This document shows positions 58,413-64,000 of a DNA stretch of 64,000 bases, one piece after another. A program made the translations under genes and the position numbers. Position 1 is the stretch's first letter. The number at the start of each line of letters is the position of its first letter. Origin of the DNA: Bacteroidota bacterium (lineage in GTDB: Bacteria; Bacteroidota; Bacteroidia; Chitinophagales; Saprospiraceae); NCBI GenBank assembly GCA_024642705.1, contig JAHEAQ010000007.1, forward strand, positions 14,204 to 78,203, in the 5' to 3' direction. The notes under the pieces are model-generated. The model was not told where the DNA came from. It searched no databases and saw only the letters and a program-made list of their open reading frames with translations.

Positions 58413-60047
58413 TTAGGTCTGAATTACTCCAACATTAAATTTTTTGATTTTTGCATTATCACAAGCACTTAGGCAATTGGATATGAAATTTCTGGTATCT
58501 AAAGGGTTTATTATGCTATCGACCCAAAGTCTTGAAGCAGCATAATAAGGTTCAGTTTGTTTTTCGTACTTAGCTTTAATTTCATTGATCATTTCTTCTT
58601 GAGCTTTTTCATCAAGATTTTGACCTTTTGCTTTTATTGAACTTATTTGGATCTGAGCCAAAACTTGTGAAGCTTGATCTCCCCCCATAACTGCAATTTT
58701 TGCAGTTGGCCAAGCAGCAATAAACCTAGGATCGTATGCTTTCCCACACATTGCATAATTTCCAGCTCCATAAGAATTGCCAATGATCACCGTAATCTTG
58801 GGAACAGTTGAATTTGCAACTGCATTTACCATTTTTGCTCCATCTTTAATTATTCCTCCATGTTCAGATCTAGTTCCAACCATAAACCCCGTGACATCAT
58901 GAAAGAAGATGAGGGGGATTTTCTTTTGATTACAATTCAAGATGAATCTCGTTGCTTTATCTGCGGAATCAGAATAAATTACGCCTCCAAATTGCATTTC
59001 GCCTCTACCATTTTTGACCACTAATCTATTGTTTATTACAATTCCAACTGACCAACCATCAATTCTTGCGTATGCACAAATAATAGTTTGACCGTATTCA
59101 TCCTTATAGTATGTAAGGCTCTCTCTATCTACTATGCACTCAAGCAAAGATTTAGTATCGTAAGGTTTTGCTCTATTGGAAGGCATTATTCCAATAATAT
59201 CTCTGGGATTTCTAGATGGATTTTTTGATTCAATTCTATTGATTCCAGATTTTTTTCTTTCTCCGATTTTTGAAACAATGTCTTTAATCGTGTCAAGACA
59301 GGATTTATCATCTGGAACATTATAATCTGTAACTCCAGAAATTTGATTGGTAGTTTTAGCACCTCCTAATGTTTCTTTGTCTACGTTTTCACCAATTGCA
59401 GCTTTTACAAGATATGGACCCGCTAAAAAGATAGAACCCGTGCCGTCAACTATAATAGATTCGTCGGACATTATTGGCAAGTAAGCACCTCCTGCGACAC
59501 AACTTCCCATAATGGCAGAGATCTGAGGTATACCTTTACTTGAAAGTTTAGCATTGTTTCTAAATATTCGACCAAAATGTTCTTTATCCGGGAAAATCTC
59601 ATCCTGAAGTGGTAGAAAAACACCAGCGCTATCTACTAAATATATAATTGGAAGTTTATTTTCTAATGCAATTTCCTGAGCGCGTAAATTCTTTTTTCCA
59701 GTGATAGGGAACCATGCACCTGCTTTAACAGTGGCATCATTAGCCACAATTACGCATTGTCGATTTTGAATGAAACCGATGACTACTACAACCCCTCCTG
59801 AAGGGCATCCTCCATATTCCTCATACATTCCATCTCCAGCAAAAGCTCCTATTTCTATTAGCGCAGTATTATTGTCTATAAGATATTCAATTCTTTCTCT
59901 TGCTGTTAGTTTCCCCTGCGCATGTTGCTTTTCAATTTTTTTATTCCCACCACCCAAATAGACTTTTTCAAGTTTTCGATCTAGTCTGGCTAGCGAAAGC
60001 ATCATTTCATCTTCATTTATATTAAAATCTAAATCAATTTTTGACAT
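58413..60047 (-). CDS. Acyl-CoA carboxylase carboxyltransferase subunit (propionyl-CoA carboxylase beta / methylmalonyl-CoA carboxyltransferase family)
   Basis: Two crotonase-like carboxyltransferase halves, GGAY...AGPYLV and GNSYGAGNYAM motifs. 544 aa. Confidence 0.85.
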   Translation of the reverse strand: MSKIDLDFNINEDEMMLSLARLDRKLEKVYLGGGNKKIEKQHAQGKLTARERIEYLIDNNTALIEIGAFAGDGMYEEYGGCPSGGVVVVIGFIQNRQCVIVANDATVKAGAWFPITGKKNLRAQEIALENKLPIIYLVDSAGVFLPLQDEIFPDKEHFGRIFRNNAKLSSKGIPQISAIMGSCVAGGAYLPIMSDESIIVDGTGSIFLAGPYLVKAAIGENVDKETLGGAKTTNQISGVTDYNVPDDKSCLDTIKDIVSKIGERKKSGINRIESKNPSRNPRDIIGIMPSNRAKPYDTKSLLECIVDRESLTYYKDEYGQTIICAYARIDGWSVGIVINNRLVVKNGRGEMQFGGVIYSDSADKATRFILNCNQKKIPLIFFHDVTGFMVGTRSEHGGIIKDGAKMVNAVANSTVPKITVIIGNSYGAGNYAMCGKAYDPRFIAAWPTAKIAVMGGDQASQVLAQIQISSIKAKGQNLDEKAQEEMINEIKAKYEKQTEPYYAASRLWVDSIINPLDTRNFISNCLSACDNAKIKKFNVGVIQT

Positions 60048-60293
60048 TTGTCTGAAGTTAATAAGCTATTTATTTGTATTTCCTCTGCCAAAAATAAAGT
60101 TTAATAGCTGACTTCCATCATTAACATGTTTAAATTATTGAAATCCAATGTTTTTAAAGATTGAAGTATCTCCAATGCATGAAAACTAATTAACAAAATT
60201 GTTGAATTCTTTTATTGACTTTGTTTATAAAAGACCAATTAATAAATATAAACGCGCCAATCTGGAATAAAAAAATAGTTTCTAATTCAAAAA

Positions 60294-61718
60294 TTAGTCA
60301 ATGATAAAAGCATAAGGAAACTCACCAGGATAATTTTCATAAAATCCTTCAAGGACAACCATCCCTTTATGATTTTCAAGTTCTTTAATGAATTCTTGCA
60401 CGTTTCCAATGGGTTTTTCATTGATTTTCGTAATGATATAGCCAGGATCCATATTGGTGCGCTCAATTTTACTGCCTCGTGAAACACTTACGACATAAAT
60501 TCCATCTGTTTCAAGTCTACGTTTTTCATTTTTATCCAAATCCCTTAACTCAAAGCCTAAATCTGTAAGTATTTTATCTTTTCTTACTGCAACATAATCC
60601 GTGGAATTAATTTGATTTCTCAAGGTTACTTCTGCAGTTTTTAATTTGCCGTCTCTGTAATAATTCAATTTTAATTTATCACCAGGACGATATCTTCCTA
60701 CTTGCTCCATAAATTCTGGAGTTGAAAGTGTTGCAATATTATCAACACTCACGACAACATCTCCCTTTTTTAACCCTGCTTGACCAGCAGCTTCACCACT
60801 ATTCACGCGTTCGAGAAAGACGCCCCCAACAGTTTCTAAACCTAATTCTTTGGCTTTGTTATCATCAACATTTAATATAGTAACTCCTAACCAACCTCTT
60901 TGAACAGCACCAAATTCTATAATATCAAAAACAACTTTTTGGGCCAAGTTTGATGGTATTGCAAATGAAAAACCCTCATATCTGCCAGAATAAGTCATTA
61001 TTGCAGTATTGATACCTACTAGATTACCCATAGTATTTACTAATGCACCTCCACTATTACCAGGATTCACAGCGGCATCAGTCTGAATGAAAGATTCAAT
61101 ACCCTGCTGTTCCAAAATATTTATATTTCTTGCTTTGGCGCTTACAATTCCGGCAGTTACTGTAGATTGAAGTCGAAACGGATTACCTATGGCAACCACC
61201 CATTCCCCAACTCTCAAAGAATCAGAATTTCCAAATTCAAGAAAAGGTAAACCTTCATTTTCAATTTTTAATATTGCGATGTCAGTCGTGGGGTCCGTCC
61301 CTACTAAGGTAGCTTTAAATTCCCTATTATCATTCAGCATCACTTCTATACTAGATGCGTCCGCAATGACATGATTATTGGTTACAATATATCCATCAGA
61401 AGAAATAATTACTCCTGAACCACTTGACCCACCCGGCTTGTCGCTCATAATTTTTGCTTTATTCGATTTTTGAAGTGCTCGAATAAAAACAACAGCTGGC
61501 CGGCCTTTATCTGCGGCCTGAATGAAATTAGTTGGTGATGAGGAAATGAAATTTCTTTTGGTTAAAGTTTCATGTAATCCAATATTTTGAGAAGCTAGAA
61601 TTGGAGTTGGCTTATATTCAATAATTGTTTTTGAAGGTGTCAAAAACTTGTTATTAATGTAAACTGCAGTCAAAGCACTTAAAAAACAAAGGAATAGTAT
61701 TGGAATATTTTTATTCAT
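60294..61718 (-). CDS. htrA: Do/HtrA family periplasmic serine endopeptidase with two PDZ domains
   Basis: Catalytic-triad context TNNHV (His), D, GNSGGALVN (Ser), followed by two PDZ-like segments. Signal peptide. Confidence 0.9.
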   Translation of the reverse strand: MNKNIPILFLCFLSALTAVYINNKFLTPSKTIIEYKPTPILASQNIGLHETLTKRNFISSSPTNFIQAADKGRPAVVFIRALQKSNKAKIMSDKPGGSSGSGVIISSDGYIVTNNHVIADASSIEVMLNDNREFKATLVGTDPTTDIAILKIENEGLPFLEFGNSDSLRVGEWVVAIGNPFRLQSTVTAGIVSAKARNINILEQQGIESFIQTDAAVNPGNSGGALVNTMGNLVGINTAIMTYSGRYEGFSFAIPSNLAQKVVFDIIEFGAVQRGWLGVTILNVDDNKAKELGLETVGGVFLERVNSGEAAGQAGLKKGDVVVSVDNIATLSTPEFMEQVGRYRPGDKLKLNYYRDGKLKTAEVTLRNQINSTDYVAVRKDKILTDLGFELRDLDKNEKRRLETDGIYVVSVSRGSKIERTNMDPGYIITKINEKPIGNVQEFIKELENHKGMVVLEGFYENYPGEFPYAFIID

Positions 61719-61876
61719 ATATATTTATTGCTTTCAGAAATTCACATGGATCCGTGAACTAACTATTTATTAACGCTTTAATTTAAGTATTATTGAACTT
61801 ATTAGCACAGCAAAATTAGTTATATTTTTGTTAATACATTAGATAAAAGTGTAATATGTATTACGAAAGCCTTATT

Positions 61877-63154
61877 TTATCCTAATATGAATCTTTTTTT
61901 TTCGAAAACAACGAGCATCAAAAGTAAAGATGTAAATAAAGGAACCATCATTAAATAGATATAGGGAATCTGAATAAAATAATAGAAAAAACAAAAATAT
62001 ATTTTTAAAGCTGCTAAAGCATAAATGTAGACATCAATTGCATGCTTTTTAAAAAAGTAAAACCAACTCAGGCCAATCACACTGCATATTATACTTCCCA
62101 AATGCCAAACTTGTAAAGTTTTAATTCTTGATAAAACGTCTCCAGAAACATATTCAAAAAAGAAAGCCGCAAAACCTACACCTCTAAATAAATGATATGG
62201 ATTATCTCCTGGTTTTTGCCAATATGGTTGCCATTCTCCAACCGCTGCTTTTGTATGATGTGACATTCCATTAAGGAAAATGTGCCAATCTTTACTCAGA
62301 AAAGGAATAATGTAAATTATCAGGAGTGCTAAAGAAACAACGCCTATTATTTTTAACAAATCTCTCCAATTATGGAGCAACAGTAGCAATCCAAAAATTG
62401 GTAACCAAAGAATTAAACTAAATCTGGAAAGCAGGCACAAGCTGATACCAATACCTATAAAAAAGGGCTTTTTTGAAAGTAGACTAAGGCCTAGTATTAA
62501 ATAATACCCTGCAATTAAATTTTCAATGGTGTAGGCAAATACTTTGGGCTCATCATTTATAATCATCAACCACATCAACCAAGGAATTGCTGAAAATACT
62601 ATCAAATACAACGGGTTTTTGAAATTTTTAAATATCCTAAACTGATACAATAAAAATGAAAGGGATAAAACAGAGAAAGGGATCCATCGATAATCGATAT
62701 TGGTTAATTTTGCTATAGAAAAAGGCATCCATTGTAGTGGTAAATAAGTTGGATTCAAAGTATAACCCCAATCATTAATTGGACTATATGGAAATTCACC
62801 ATTCAAGAATCGATTCACCATAATACCTATCTGTGGAATTACATCAGATTCGCTAACGTCCAAAATATCAATTGGAAATTCAATAAATATAGCATGGAAT
62901 CTAAACCCCAAAATAAAAACACCTGCTATTGGGACTAAAATTGATATTATTAAATTTAATTTTTCATTAGAAATTATAGCATCTGATAAATTAATCGATT
63001 GCTTGAAAGAACAAGTAATACCAATGATTCCAATACCAAATGAAGCACAAAATAGGATTATTGGACTAGCGAAGGGACCAAACTTTCCATTCCAATAAGT
63101 CAATAAAAGAAATTCTATGAAGAAGAAAATTATGAATGCAATTTTTTTGCTCAA
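61877..63154 (-). CDS. Hypothetical polytopic membrane protein (about 11 TM, possibly GT-C-like)
   Basis: Many hydrophobic helices, a periplasmic-loop-like segment with aromatic residues. No definitive motif. Confidence 0.45.
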   Translation of the reverse strand: MSKKIAFIIFFFIEFLLLTYWNGKFGPFASPIILFCASFGIGIIGITCSFKQSINLSDAIISNEKLNLIISILVPIAGVFILGFRFHAIFIEFPIDILDVSESDVIPQIGIMVNRFLNGEFPYSPINDWGYTLNPTYLPLQWMPFSIAKLTNIDYRWIPFSVLSLSFLLYQFRIFKNFKNPLYLIVFSAIPWLMWLMIINDEPKVFAYTIENLIAGYYLILGLSLLSKKPFFIGIGISLCLLSRFSLILWLPIFGLLLLLHNWRDLLKIIGVVSLALLIIYIIPFLSKDWHIFLNGMSHHTKAAVGEWQPYWQKPGDNPYHLFRGVGFAAFFFEYVSGDVLSRIKTLQVWHLGSIICSVIGLSWFYFFKKHAIDVYIYALAALKIYFCFFYYFIQIPYIYLMMVPLFTSLLLMLVVFEKKRFILG

Positions 63155-63957
63155 TTTTTATTTTTATGATTGTTTAATTTAAAATTATTAAAAAGCAGCT
63201 CATTTCGTGCATTATTTAACTTAATCAAAGTTGATTCTATTTTTCGGATACAAAGTTCATCTATTAAAAAGTTCTGATTTACTCCGCTAATATCTATTTT
63301 GATGGATTTCATTTGTTCATTTATGTTAAAATTCTTTGAAACTCTGACCCAAGAATCTTGATTGTCCTTTGACTGAGTAGGAGAAAAAGAATCTGCCCAA
63401 ATTTCTTCGTTATTTACCCCCAAAAGTTTTAATGTAAAATTTGGCATTCCATACATTTTATGATCTAATTTCACATAAATTGAGCATTCAAAATCACCGG
63501 ACACATTCAATGGTAATTCTTCGTTGATCAATTCCAAATTTTCTGAAAATTCCATTGCTCCGTTACCTGCAAAGGACGATGGAGAAGGTAATTCATCAAA
63601 ACTTTTGTAGATGTAAAAAGAGTTTTGTGTTTCAAATGTAGTGTCAATACCTAGATCATATTTTTTTAAAATGCTATCTCTGACTGGGTAGTTATTAATT
63701 TCATTAGGATAAATAGAAAATAATTTGTAATCATTTGTTTCGGCCAAAAAGGTGCCTTTATTTATTAAAAATTCTTCTCCTAATGTTAATTTTTCTGCAC
63801 CATTTCCCAAAACTAGAAGCAATGGTTTTTCTGCATCGAGTGTTGAAACCAAAGCCTTTTCAATCAATGGATTGGAACTTAATTGAATAGCTCTACTTGC
63901 ATCCGTTATTCCAATTCTAGACAGCATTCCATTAACCATGGGCAACCCGGTAGCCAT
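63151..63957 (-). CDS. Hypothetical protein, translationally coupled (ATGA) to the downstream membrane protein
   Basis: 268-aa soluble ORF; the stop/start overlap with 61877..63154 suggests an operon. Confidence 0.45.
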   Translation of the reverse strand: MATGLPMVNGMLSRIGITDASRAIQLSSNPLIEKALVSTLDAEKPLLLVLGNGAEKLTLGEEFLINKGTFLAETNDYKLFSIYPNEINNYPVRDSILKKYDLGIDTTFETQNSFYIYKSFDELPSPSSFAGNGAMEFSENLELINEELPLNVSGDFECSIYVKLDHKMYGMPNFTLKLLGVNNEEIWADSFSPTQSKDNQDSWVRVSKNFNINEQMKSIKIDISGVNQNFLIDELCIRKIESTLIKLNNARNELLFNNFKLNNHKNKN

Positions 63958-64000
63958 GGAAATTAGGATAGAATTGAATTCTGAATTGAAATGTGGAACG

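Noticed and set aside
1-64000. CRISPR arrays, tRNA/rRNA genes, prophage or integrase genes
   Set aside because: I found no regularly spaced direct repeats, no tRNA-like GTTCGAATC/T-arm signatures in intergenic regions, no rRNA-like GC-rich blocks and no recombinase/integrase motifs on reading the window. These cannot be fully excluded without tRNAscan/cmsearch.

Overview
This is an AT-rich (about 33% GC) chromosomal window that looks like Bacteroidota, probably Flavobacteriia. It encodes two very large secreted proteins carrying type IX secretion system (T9SS) C-terminal sorting domains, one type B (gliding-motility CTD) and one type A (Por_Secre_tail). It also has an FGE/SUMF1-like protein, a Cys-type sulfatase, a bacillithiol-type PIG-L deacetylase and a Bacteroidetes-style TAnnTTTG -7 promoter box. 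I call about 50 protein-coding genes, mostly housekeeping or envelope functions: rpe, ribB(A), acs with a DUF4212–SSS acetate-permease module, fabH, an acyl-CoA carboxyltransferase, htrA, plsC, cryptochrome-DASH, an NfeD–flotillin pair, cytochrome c–SCO1, an ApbE flavin transferase, a TAT-exported Gfo/Idh/MocA oxidoreductase, GH3, GT4/GT2 glycosyltransferases, an M1 peptidase, MscS and others. I found no rRNA, tRNA or CRISPR array by eye. The signal most worth follow-up is a roughly 250-bp structured element with about 21-bp terminal inverted repeats. It occurs twice, in opposite orientation (12510-12759 and 36980-37227, about 90% identical), bracketing a 24-kb block of ordinary genes; it is MITE-like or a possible structured ncRNA. 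Other leads are a MoxR/ChlI-like AAA+ ATPase translationally coupled to a vWA protein, a pair of diverged paralogs with a degenerate IS200/RAYT-like HuH fold, and an orphan LolD-like ABC ATPase coupled to a DUF389 membrane protein and a GH3 hydrolase. I also list several clean rho-independent terminator hairpins. All functional calls come from reading motifs in the supplied translations; no database search was run.
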